Part shown: piece after piece, positions 37,901 through 44,986 of the stretch | Position numbering within the stretch: position 1 is the stretch's first letter | Layout: the number at the start of each line of letters is the position of its first letter | DNA from: a virus | IMG/VR virus record: IMGVR_UViG_3300020378_001929 | Coordinates: 1-64,000 of that record | Direction: 5' to 3' (one strand) | DNA: 64,000 nucleotides | The notes under the pieces: generated by a model | Seen by the model: the letters and a program-made list of their open reading frames with translations, nothing else | What the model was told of the DNA's origin: nothing | The model's database searches: none | Program-made: the position numbers and the translations under genes

Positions 37901-40782
37901 GTGATTGGTCCATATTTTGTTATATTTTCTGCAGAACCTGAAGAAAAGTCATAAAAATAACTTGTACTTGCATTTAACTTATTTACGTTGTCAAACTGCC
38001 AGTTTAAAACTAGAGCGTCAGACCTGAGCCTTGAGGCGCCGTCGTTGTCTTTCTTTCTGAAAAGAGGATTTGTTCTTCCTAAGTTTTCTATGCTCTGGGC
38101 GTGCTGCTCCATTTCTGACTTCTCTAATAAGTCGTCCCACACACTAAAAGAAAGAAACTTGCAATCACTGGTATTTCTAACAGTACCAGTGATGTTTTGT
38201 CGCGATGCGCCAAGGAAAGCGCTCTTGTTCCTTGACATTATTTTTTCATAATTAGCCTGACTAATGGAGGACGTAATGTGAAATTCCGACGTCTTGACAT
38301 CTATGTCGTATCTATAGCCAATAAAATCAACTTTATACTCGCGGGTAGTCTTGCCATCAGAAGATGTCAATTGCGATAAATTGTCTTCTGTGAACCTAAC
38401 TGCTAAATACCACGGAGTATTTTCATAAACGTGATTAAAGTACTCTGTCTTTATTATGGGAAAAGTTCCCTTTGAAGAACTAAGTTGAAAATAACAACCT
38501 GAATTTAAAATATCTGACTTTATTGTCCTTACAACAAATCCAGAATAATTGTCAGATGTAATTACCAGATTGGCGCCGCTGACTTCGTTCATTCCAAAGA
38601 CCGAACTTGTTATTGCTGTTTTTGAGTGATCTAATATTGTGGGAAATAACACCTTTCCCTCGATCGTGAATGAAGGCTGACTTGATTTGCCTTGTATATA
38701 GTTTCTCTCGTCTGATGCGCTGTTAGATGCTGTCTGAAGCAACGTGACTGAGTTGTTGGATCCCGTGAAGGCAAAAGATTTTACTGTCGCGGCTTCATAA
38801 ATTGGTCTATTTGATATTACCTTTTCAACGTTTTGTCCATAAATATTTGGCGAAATAAGGTTTTCGTCAACGCCAAAGCACCTTATGAGATTTCTAAAAG
38901 ATTCTTTTGTACCCTTTTGTTTGAAAATATAAGCTATGTTTGCATGCACAGAGTTCAAGATTTTATTCTTTATGTTCTCTGCCTTTGAGTGTATTAAGTT
39001 CTGCGAAATGTTTGTATTTGGATCTGCAATGTCAAATTTTAGATTGTAAAAATACTCATTTAAATCTGTCTTATTTACAATGGGGCTTTCAGTTACACCA
39101 AAGCCCTTACCAAGAAGATTTTGTACTGAAAAATTCTCTTCTCCAAACATTCTTGCATACGAAACATCGAAATCCTTACTGCAGCCCAAGAGGTTATAAA
39201 ATGAACTATTACCTGAATAATCTGACGATCCCCTGGCGTACACAAAGTCTTTGTATTGCGTAAACCCTATCTTTGGTATGCCATCTATCATCATCTTGAT
39301 TGAGTCAAATTGTTGACCTATACTCTGTAATAAAATAGAAAAATCACTTTCTATGTTGCTTGATCCAGCATTAGTTTCAAAAGCCCATTGAGGAACACTT
39401 CTGAACAGGGATGAGTGATTATTGTGGTCGTATGCTTTACCAATTTTTAAAAGGTCCTCTTCTGCTGCGACGACGCGGGGTGAGGCGAAATCTATTATTG
39501 GGTCACCTAGTTCTCTTTGACTAGTCACCGTTGCGTTTGTTATTGCTGATTCTGACGTCCGGCTGTTGGTGGACGAAAATCCAATTATCTCTCCATTATT
39601 TATTCTACCAGAGCTGTCTAGAACTATTTTATCTCTGATTTCATCGTTTCTCAGTCCTTCATTGAATTTGTAATAAACCCCCAAAAGACTATTGATGTTT
39701 TCTTGATCAGTTGCCCCGTTGACAGGAAAATCGTAATAGTTGCCAATCTCTTCTGCCGTTCTTTTTGTTTTCCAAAATCTAAACTCATCGATAGATCCAC
39801 TTAATTTTCCGTAACCTAATCCACCATTTGAGTCTTTTTGGGTCCTCATAGCTCCGATGCTGGCGTTATAGTAACCTTCAACTGCTCCAAAGGTGGCTGT
39901 GGAGACTGACACCCTATTATTGAAGTTGCCGTCTATATACAACTCTATTTCTAAGTTTGATCCAGTGTGAAAAGCTGTAACCGCATAGTGGTGGAAGGCG
40001 CCATCGGCGATTGTTTCTTTTGTAATGTCGGCGCCGATGTTTGTTCTGTTGGCGCCTGCCGTTCCGGACATGTAAGTTACATAAAATGGTGACCCGGCTG
40101 AGCTTCCTGAAAGCTCTATTAGAAACCTACCATATGATGAGGCACCCTCAGAAGCATGAGTGGTGTGCGAGTCAAAAATTATTTCGCTCTCTGTGAGAGA
40201 GTGACTAATAAAGCTGTTCTTTTTGAGCCAAAACTCCACAGTATTTCCAGCAGAAGGGTCTAATTTTAAACTGCTCTCTCTTCCCGAATCAGAATCGATA
40301 ACTGTACCCACATAGGGTCCACCTGAAAACTTTATGTATTCTGGATTACTTGATAGTCCGTACTTTCCAGAAGTGGCAGCTGCGGTGCCCCAACCGCCTT
40401 TTGAAAAATTTACATGCCCTACCTCTAAAGGAAACTCATGTTGCAGTATAGCCAAATCTATAGCAGATGCGCTAAGTGCCCAGTGGATCTTTTCTAGAGC
40501 AGACCCATCGTATGGATAAAAATTTGTTATGTAATTAAAGGCGTTTTTAAAATATTTCTCTGCGCTTCCATAGAAACACCAAGTAGAGGGATCCCTAACA
40601 TCAATCGCGGGTATCACCCTGTCTGCTAATTTTTGATAAGCTATGGCATAATCCGGGGACTCTACCACATCATTGTATCTTTCAGCTGACGGTGATGCTA
40701 CTCCCACTTTTCGGGGGTCATAAAATGCTTTACTTTTTTCCTCTTCGGACATTTGAGGAAGAAATATTTTGTCTTTTTTCAT
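28933..40782 (-). CDS. Giant (3949 aa) baseplate wedge-like protein with LamG/ConA-like domains
   Basis: LamG pattern TVEFWLKK...FHHYAVT...LYIDG...GSIDEFRFW (about 39770-40245); KQKGTKESFRNLIRCFG wedge-type (T4 gp7/P2 gpI-like) motif; downstream of gp25/gp6-like genes. Confidence 0.72.
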   Translation of the reverse strand: MKKDKIFLPQMSEEEKSKAFYDPRKVGVASPSAERYNDVVESPDYAIAYQKLADRVIPAIDVRDPSTWCFYGSAEKYFKNAFNYITNFYPYDGSALEKIHWALSASAIDLAILQHEFPLEVGHVNFSKGGWGTAAATSGKYGLSSNPEYIKFSGGPYVGTVIDSDSGRESSLKLDPSAGNTVEFWLKKNSFISHSLTESEIIFDSHTTHASEGASSYGRFLIELSGSSAGSPFYVTYMSGTAGANRTNIGADITKETIADGAFHHYAVTAFHTGSNLEIELYIDGNFNNRVSVSTATFGAVEGYYNASIGAMRTQKDSNGGLGYGKLSGSIDEFRFWKTKRTAEEIGNYYDFPVNGATDQENINSLLGVYYKFNEGLRNDEIRDKIVLDSSGRINNGEIIGFSSTNSRTSESAITNATVTSQRELGDPIIDFASPRVVAAEEDLLKIGKAYDHNNHSSLFRSVPQWAFETNAGSSNIESDFSILLQSIGQQFDSIKMMIDGIPKIGFTQYKDFVYARGSSDYSGNSSFYNLLGCSKDFDVSYARMFGEENFSVQNLLGKGFGVTESPIVNKTDLNEYFYNLKFDIADPNTNISQNLIHSKAENIKNKILNSVHANIAYIFKQKGTKESFRNLIRCFGVDENLISPNIYGQNVEKVISNRPIYEAATVKSFAFTGSNNSVTLLQTASNSASDERNYIQGKSSQPSFTIEGKVLFPTILDHSKTAITSSVFGMNEVSGANLVITSDNYSGFVVRTIKSDILNSGCYFQLSSSKGTFPIIKTEYFNHVYENTPWYLAVRFTEDNLSQLTSSDGKTTREYKVDFIGYRYDIDVKTSEFHITSSISQANYEKIMSRNKSAFLGASRQNITGTVRNTSDCKFLSFSVWDDLLEKSEMEQHAQSIENLGRTNPLFRKKDNDGASRLRSDALVLNWQFDNVNKLNASTSYFYDFSSGSAENITKYGPITGYKYPAVTHNLQHQEGSIRQEYIPNVRYLNVDNLEAESKIEIKDREVDSFTLDSKPMSYLHTYEKSMYQVISKEMLNMLAGATAFNNLIGEPVYKYRQEYKTLEKLRDRFFARVENKIDLESFIEYYKWIDSSLANLLRQLQPATSNMNLNLEDVVESHVFERNKYKHQAPQFEYKDPKLVGQILGVNELLYDWEHGHAPLLTSSTSTQTAASGSIVYTGNPEDGDTLTIISTDGTSKTYEFNSAAGGGTVAGGNIAVSINGGNVDTTYANLVTAINGATGHNAGSSNSKIVLDHSAGTNTVTLTQATAGTAGNTTITAATRRQKKFFTLNTSAFSNRSQFISSSILVSDGGLSRTLTFTGNSTYPPSDDREIPIGTVPPNEVTTMRDRIIAAVNGTDGTNLQSLTASAGGTVRTVFFTGLHSAASISVDYDSGGGSNSLTNHLSAQLQDTTHQHTFSSASISAAFAGGTNTVVTTFQDHPKNCLWWQERAERDKVLSVSDNVNPDREQIRQRINTVVSSAAGSTYVLRRLSRPYNFVGDHLRTLDMGSNRNASKNKFLHKPIIASGGEITVNKSDIYEFKNCNDVIDPQHEDIYTAIANTAGTDGYLDADADMIFPFTLYSSSVGTDFSNFKDKLTLTNNHDDDYGVMQGVFTREFVGGMPHRRVKFGTADKDRPEAYILSASSTVFTMKQSTGPRSYTPRGMGVKGPVNIRNIKENTGISPIAMGNYREDYDIVQTSGRSLNNAYVKDSGSVVTTGTQLRAGIIDYTVPSRGTAKHVFVNRFSSPGGPETQGVYGRDKESEEYSVYNGLNYRNLSTRAVLNRLHKEKSLRGGQRSGGTYYTPASIIMFQPLEIGDTIAIDFGTGSPKELAVGAAASNFTSGGSNFDTTPDGYSLTGMQAEVIKTLFDHPNTALSAEGFRNHLSASVDHHGDSKASNFTTLSFHHRFNQGTTSGLASRDTWSIVLSVKNPGNFIVTQFGKAQQSVHVTNRNYSLGSSGGKASLVEKADNFFVQHPIPQNDFHYSWITASAVNTKSDFVSRNAGLGHQHTYTSASAKSIQFLSASEVVYYAYQNNMFYGLAREQSANPSQTRAIDFVGLNAAIYEPISSSTNTVGYGSLEITNVTGDMSRLSANYLNQFFMNGLAGEELINPPFHSGGEDKYAGEKSLLNSIIVHRQGPYGWPSWKQIRTGNHPIARAHRKTNTISRTFLAFPKRAITSPSYLVRSEVAPSMNIAASSHANIIDPYERARFLDSKPAYNASRVVKNYVDPVATGKFNPIRIILGSKRIPNRTLNKDEKFTLGRDPRDPREFVNSSRDKEFYPRLSQRQRELSWFGKLQYFKDLSMPIPEILKSAGTISTNTAPNDITSFANSDFIKDIQFKEKRTHGTFDYAYNLLDSYQVQQKMLEINYKETIYPREVNTYSQFARERTKFKYFPWNSDRDTRHLILSGNVTHDIFGAKLISITRPERATTRTAAGSIIGGSNAGTTLRLFPEFEDKKLKSPQNSFAGKDALLVLMQHTGSFNPHRGILHITSSTWPLDSRRDFGSTPVDIRVSFMTRDTIYLTSSTGKQGTRGEGILQNDYSTFPLGMNNLYGTPPHSVIYNRRVPQSYGNFIYLAGEAKWEAASGTLGPFYDSYSDYAAETRILGQDHSLVPEFRISEFVDDIVQSKREYPNIGDDFLILTGAVYLSSSNNVTDGGNFFKTYSNSDFLKYFQIYDEEVSGDRQDKENNLEHARINFRCQAVTKFLPYKGFYPAERTVQIAELFYENYLPDDVVVTNDNVIDISQLDEGGLSSTEQKRFIKLRANASRYQVTKPLFGPGILFNSIKAGLATDYPIFSGAFGGVYRGLPRNDGTDYGSIQNIHAAFSDVGQYHASNNDIMANYKGNSQIVFNTDFGSSVPWLMLNAEAEIGQTGDSSAGTSTHQVGGTHPLAQDGMDKKLILRDNTGSLKAPLPFTASVINLTNRGGLGGSSTVYGIPRLRGHVSKRIEFEEMLSPSSLFNVRIYDNEPHPSASLIYGNQQFNKIIERPALFGSFNTLAKKDIGSLFVNNEGSLTSQLAPYTLAMQNFAAETVNFFLKDGDLTTKVSKPGKQTFTSGNDYKMRIYLENVDTMMYDRHSAFGPPVAEAGSDGTGVAITKYQGNPVGIPAHIKLTMRHPSGSSNSNAGYTLTGSTAGHYTRNPRIFIQGPDDNIEIMLYHSASGFYSWVDDADNSIENYIERALQGLVTVPATSRANRFGVTSAQGTANLGTAVAFRNISGNQNFPYPTVANNFAAIRVQEDAGAGLKAPSAAEVMATIRTLLTSSVLGLGFSTSGTNKVHIDGSTLVISGSTNLDYKESTNISSTQAYLDNVMPSNAMTTLIGATSNVGVFVNCKGGSGTSTVSNDHGVAFFGSNAYGEKNSSHITSSYQGHIYSNATSDVFTPFQSTGSAGFTKTTTKVSNTHGYMPYVPSFLDANSAPYVEVTFSPTVTKDYTVREVMNSSSYAYYNFVEEASNADVPDPKTGTHSNTNYHHAMSLSASLNLGMIAALRTDNFDQIRGHGADGDGALNVVPLDPNNLRERWVIQTKWESPVLDFKSVKATAYDLANSTTVQVSGSPWKERQWDRYYDGVGAPREGTTPGSFLTGSTGMWHQKGQLLKESDKKGYYLSIIDVPIGANTPGLAARLGFNDQEEPSAANLKLAKKYRDKVGTVEDRKVVKEAIVAIPYVLREDLDNRVEFIKFNEDMYNKASDNVRNMKITKETDVLTDRILTLEDYNEFRATLDGRMKTPFNSGPLDAIEYQLFMMEEFILPPQFDFINVPENARVQDPFMMYFFQFHASFDAEDLSNIWQNLYPKSLNSSAIARKSNSNRALEGRLRSHNDISFVSHYLETANLTGENLSPVSEPRNLFSPDEENKTRWIVFKVKQRGIDNLETIRRRSIDPRSQNLERLEYLRASRPAVTKGTFPDALPGKTSTGKRLVHYNWPYDYFSFVELIKLEAKIDSYNYD

Positions 40783-42614
40783 GGATCAACTCTAAATCTA
40801 AATTTTTCAGGCTGCTCTATATAATTAGAACCATCTTTAAAAACAAGTGATATTTCATATGCGTTATTTGGTTCTAATAAAGCCATATCTAAGTCAAAAA
40901 AGGACCCGCTTGAATCATAAGAAAGTAAAGAGAAGTTTGGAGTACTTCCTGTAGAATAAGGGATTACCTCATAGTTGTTTGATACTTTTATAATTCTATA
41001 ATACATATCTCTTATAAGATTAACTGGTGCCGTTCTTGAAGCGACTGTGTATATATTTGGCTGCCAATTTTTATCCCTAGTGTACACCCTTAAGGTTGTT
41101 TTTTCTGTCTTAAGGTACGAGTCTTTTAAGTTTGTAATAGAAACTTTATAATTTGGAACCTTAAAATAATTGTTCGCGCTTTCGGTACTCACCGTAAAAC
41201 CTGGACCTGAGTACAGGGTTGTCAATCCGTCGGCGCCGCTTGAGCGAGACCAAGTGTCATACAAAAAGGTTTCTGACCCATTGTACGCAAACGGCGCCTT
41301 GTAGACTCCGGTACTTTGTTTGCTGGCGGTAATAAAGGTTGCTGCTGTAGTAACAACTCCTCCGGCGACAGGAAGAGTTTCCGCTGTACCGCCGGTCGAT
41401 GCTGTAAACAATTGCACAACTAGACCAGATCCTGTGTTTGGGATGTCGACAAGAGTGCCGCGGCGGTAATTATATAGATAGATGTTGTTTATGTTATCGG
41501 CAGCAGGGGCTAGGCTACTGGATTTTATTACATAACTTCTATCATCTTTGATTGAGGTATCCCATTGTGCTTCGATTTTGGGCTTTAGAAAAAACTCATG
41601 AGAACTTCTAGAATAAAACTTCTTTGTGTAGTATGACCTTTCTTTCGATCCGTTCTCATAATCCTCTCGAAGTTTAAGGACCAGTCCATAATTTTTCAAA
41701 CCTGTGCCTGAAATGAACTGACCTATTGAAGCCGTTGTTGCTGGCATACTTGAACTAATAATGGTATTACCTTGTATTCCCCCTAGAGATTGTGTCAATG
41801 TTAGTAGGGCGCTGGCATTTTTAGTTGTTATTTTGCTGCCGAAGTCGGAAGATAGGCGATTATGCAAGGCGCCTGCAGTACCTGCTGCGGTACCGCTTAG
41901 TTCTAAGAAGACTGAATTTCCCACGGAATAAGTTGAAGATGTTATAAACGTATAGGTCATTTTTTTGCCTTCATGCGAGTGGAGACTAAGAACTTGATTT
42001 TCTGATGGGTTGAATAAAAAGTTTATACTTGCTGTTGCTGCAGTGGCGGCAGAATTTTCGCTTATAAGCCATTCTTCCACCCATGGGGTTATATCAATGT
42101 CAACATCTTCTGTGCCGGATTCAAAAGACTGAGTATACTCATAGGGGACTGTTCCAGCACTAATATAACTTGAACTTGCAAAATTGGATCCTGTTGTATT
42201 CCATAACACTCCAGTACTAGCAGAAACCCAATTACTAGCTTCAAGATCCATATAGTTTTCCATATCAAGACCGTCTCCCTCTGACCAGTTCATGACTAGT
42301 GGGTTTATGGATACTACAAAATTTTCTGGTGTGGTTTGTCCATGGGGAGTGTTTGAAAGTTTGAGTTTAAACTTTACAGAACCAGAAGATGGTATAATCC
42401 CGCTGACTCTGTCAGAGTTTATATCTGATATTGGAAACTGCATAAGCACGCGGGTTTGCTCCAAGGAGCTTGAACTTGCTTGTCCAAAAACAGAAAACAA
42501 TTCTAATACGTCTGAGGCTCCCATGTTAGCCTTTGTTGATCTTGCAGTTAAGTTTTCTCTTAGTGCGTTTGCAATTGTGTTGTCTTTATTCGATGTATAT
42601 CTTTTAATGCTCAT
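40779..42614 (-). CDS. Baseplate-associated structural protein
   Basis: 611-aa ORF between the gp6-like and giant wedge genes; KDNTI, RVLMQF, NYGLVLK, KKFYSRSS...KPKIEAQWD resemble DNRLRE-type beta domains. Confidence 0.62.
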   Translation of the reverse strand: MSIKRYTSNKDNTIANALRENLTARSTKANMGASDVLELFSVFGQASSSSLEQTRVLMQFPISDINSDRVSGIIPSSGSVKFKLKLSNTPHGQTTPENFVVSINPLVMNWSEGDGLDMENYMDLEASNWVSASTGVLWNTTGSNFASSSYISAGTVPYEYTQSFESGTEDVDIDITPWVEEWLISENSAATAATASINFLFNPSENQVLSLHSHEGKKMTYTFITSSTYSVGNSVFLELSGTAAGTAGALHNRLSSDFGSKITTKNASALLTLTQSLGGIQGNTIISSSMPATTASIGQFISGTGLKNYGLVLKLREDYENGSKERSYYTKKFYSRSSHEFFLKPKIEAQWDTSIKDDRSYVIKSSSLAPAADNINNIYLYNYRRGTLVDIPNTGSGLVVQLFTASTGGTAETLPVAGGVVTTAATFITASKQSTGVYKAPFAYNGSETFLYDTWSRSSGADGLTTLYSGPGFTVSTESANNYFKVPNYKVSITNLKDSYLKTEKTTLRVYTRDKNWQPNIYTVASRTAPVNLIRDMYYRIIKVSNNYEVIPYSTGSTPNFSLLSYDSSGSFFDLDMALLEPNNAYEISLVFKDGSNYIEQPEKFRFRVDP

Positions 42615-44434
42615 TATGTTATAACAGTCCCCTTTATATCATCTATGTATTTTATTTCCCAAATTGCGTTCTGGGGGATGTAGACGAAGGTGTTGTCCGG
42701 TGAGGTGTTTGATTTGACATCATATTTAAGGTCTGTATACTTTCCTCCGGACAATGATTGGATTTTTATCCCGTCTTTAAGTGGTATATTTGCCACTTCA
42801 GGAATAGATTGAATTATTCTCATAATTTCTGTCATGTATAAAGGCTCCCCAATCTCTGGTGGAATAGTTGTAAGTTCCTCGAAAAGGGTTTGCTTTATTT
42901 TTGACATAACTGTCTGTGCGTTTGAATTTTGTTTCAATGCAACTTTAAAATCTATGTTAAAATTGATTATATTTGCATCAAATATATCTATACTATCTGA
43001 TATCATCCTAACTGAATCTATCCACGTTTTTACATTTTGTTTTAGAATATTTGTTGGTTTCTGGAGTTTTCCGTCAGCTCCCTCTGCAATTAAAAACAAA
43101 TTTAAGTTTCTTCGAAAGTCGTTGGTATCTCTCATAATACCGGCGCGCTTTATACCTCCATATATTGGAGGCATGTCGTAGACAGCAGAAATATAATCCT
43201 CTTTTGTCACTGCTCTACCTTGGGCTCCAAAGGATCCCATATATCTTCTCTTCAACTCCTCTGTTGTGGGTATAGATATACTACCATTTATTGGCTCGTC
43301 ATTAAGCACCTGTACATTGTTTCTGATAAAATTAACTTTTTGTGATTCTAGGTTTTGCTCATTGTCAAAGGAGATTAATGGTTCCAGTACTTGGTTGATT
43401 GTTCCAACAGCCGCATTTGTGTTGATGGCAGTGTTTCGGCGATAGACTATTGTCAGTGTCGTGTTTTGAGGAGCCACGCCAAGCTTGTTGTTGGAGTACA
43501 TCCTAGACGGATCAGACTTTGCTACGGAAGAGTCATAACGCTTGCCAGTGAATTTCATGACTCTTTTGGTGGGTTCTGCAAAAGAATTCGTTGTGTTCTC
43601 CTCGTCTGATCCGTGTCCAAATTGTATATAAGTTCTGTTTATTGATTTTTCGACTATAAACCTTCTTGGAACTGGAGTTTGTTTCATTATTGCGGGAACC
43701 ATTGGGTCCCTCTTTTGTGGATCTAAAATGGGTTTATAGATTTTGTCAGTTGGTAATGAATCTACCTGAAAATACTCGTTACCGTTCGAATCAGTAACAC
43801 TTAAAATTTCTGTTAAATTTTCATCAGGTATTTCTATTTTCAAAAACCTAACAAAATTGCCAACATCAACGGTGAAAGTTCTTTCTTCTCCTGAAACAAC
43901 TGGTACTATTGCCTCCATGGCGTAATATGCGACCTTGGATCCATCGTCTGTCATATTGTACCCTATTATTCGGGATGTATCTGCAGTAAACACAACTGGT
44001 TTCATAGATGTGAAAACGGCGCCTCCGGAGGATTTAAATTTGGTTCCAGCATTTAAAACTGATTTATATGCATTGTCTATTGTTACCCCGAGAGAGTTGG
44101 CGGGGCTCAATATCTGCACTTTAACATTCCCAACAGAGTCGAAGTTTAAAGAGGGCTTGGCGCCCATGGCTTGAATCAGCTGGAGTGCAATTTCTGGGTC
44201 TTTGGTGTAAGGTAAGATTGATTCATTTGCGTTATGGTCTATATAGTAGTGCAGCTGATCACCCACATAAGACACCAAGTCAAACATTAACGACCCAAAA
44301 GAAGAATCCTTGAAATCTTTATATGAATTTGGATAATGTCTTTTAGCATATTGAACTAGTTGTTCTTTTATCTCATTGAATGAAGCTTTTGTGTAGTCAA
44401 CTTCTCTGATTCTTTTGTTTCTATTGGTTTGCAT
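42614..44434 (-). CDS. Baseplate wedge subunit (T4 gp6 / baseplate J-like)
   Basis: DYTKASFNEIKEQLVQYAKRHYP..YKDF..SSFG...DLVSYVGDQLHYYID, IQFGHG and AQGRAVTKEDY motifs. Confidence 0.85.
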   Translation of the reverse strand: MQTNRNKRIREVDYTKASFNEIKEQLVQYAKRHYPNSYKDFKDSSFGSLMFDLVSYVGDQLHYYIDHNANESILPYTKDPEIALQLIQAMGAKPSLNFDSVGNVKVQILSPANSLGVTIDNAYKSVLNAGTKFKSSGGAVFTSMKPVVFTADTSRIIGYNMTDDGSKVAYYAMEAIVPVVSGEERTFTVDVGNFVRFLKIEIPDENLTEILSVTDSNGNEYFQVDSLPTDKIYKPILDPQKRDPMVPAIMKQTPVPRRFIVEKSINRTYIQFGHGSDEENTTNSFAEPTKRVMKFTGKRYDSSVAKSDPSRMYSNNKLGVAPQNTTLTIVYRRNTAINTNAAVGTINQVLEPLISFDNEQNLESQKVNFIRNNVQVLNDEPINGSISIPTTEELKRRYMGSFGAQGRAVTKEDYISAVYDMPPIYGGIKRAGIMRDTNDFRRNLNLFLIAEGADGKLQKPTNILKQNVKTWIDSVRMISDSIDIFDANIINFNIDFKVALKQNSNAQTVMSKIKQTLFEELTTIPPEIGEPLYMTEIMRIIQSIPEVANIPLKDGIKIQSLSGGKYTDLKYDVKSNTSPDNTFVYIPQNAIWEIKYIDDIKGTVIT

Positions 44435-44470
44435 ATAAAATTTCTCTCTATTAATTTAAATATTTTTAAT

Positions 44471-44944
44471 TTAAGAAAGTCCCCCAAGTTTGGAAGATGT
44501 GCCGACAAAATCAGACAACCCTCTCACAAAAAATTTAGACAGGATAGTATCAAACGCAAACTCCAACTGATCATTTAGTCCTAGATCTGTGATGACGTAC
44601 TTTATCTTCAATATGGAAACGTGGCTATCTTTTTGGTCATCTGTACTTTCGAATGTGGCATCCACCAAGGAAATGTTTGGCAAATATTTTCTTAGTTGAT
44701 TCTGTATGTTTGTTTTTATTTCTGATAGTTTAGCAGATCCAGGAGTCTCAAAAAGGTATGTAGCTAATCCAACTCCGAGATCTGGATTCATAGGCCATTC
44801 CCCGGGGATTGTCTGGAGAAGAAAAATGAAATCCTGCCTTAACGATGCTGATGCATCGAGAATAGGGTCGTATGGTCCAAACGTGTCGTCCAGCCTCAAA
44901 GGCCACTTCGGTTGTAATGGTGATTTATATCTTAATATGGACAT
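44471..44944 (-). CDS. Baseplate wedge/sheath initiator (T4 gp25-like)
   Basis: LLQTIPGEWPMNPDLGVGLATYLFE...IQNQLRKYLP matches the gp25 pattern LL.T..GER...P.FG..L...LFE. Confidence 0.85.
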   Translation of the reverse strand: MSILRYKSPLQPKWPLRLDDTFGPYDPILDASASLRQDFIFLLQTIPGEWPMNPDLGVGLATYLFETPGSAKLSEIKTNIQNQLRKYLPNISLVDATFESTDDQKDSHVSILKIKYVITDLGLNDQLEFAFDTILSKFFVRGLSDFVGTSSKLGGLS

Positions 44945-44959
44945 TTTTTGAACCTCAGA

Positions 44960-44968
44960 ATAAATAGT
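44960..44968 (-). promoter_or_regulatory. Putative late promoter ACTATTTAT
   Basis: Exact motif 16 nt upstream of the gp25-like ATG. Confidence 0.65.
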
Positions 44969-44986
44969 GAGTTCAACAATAATTTA

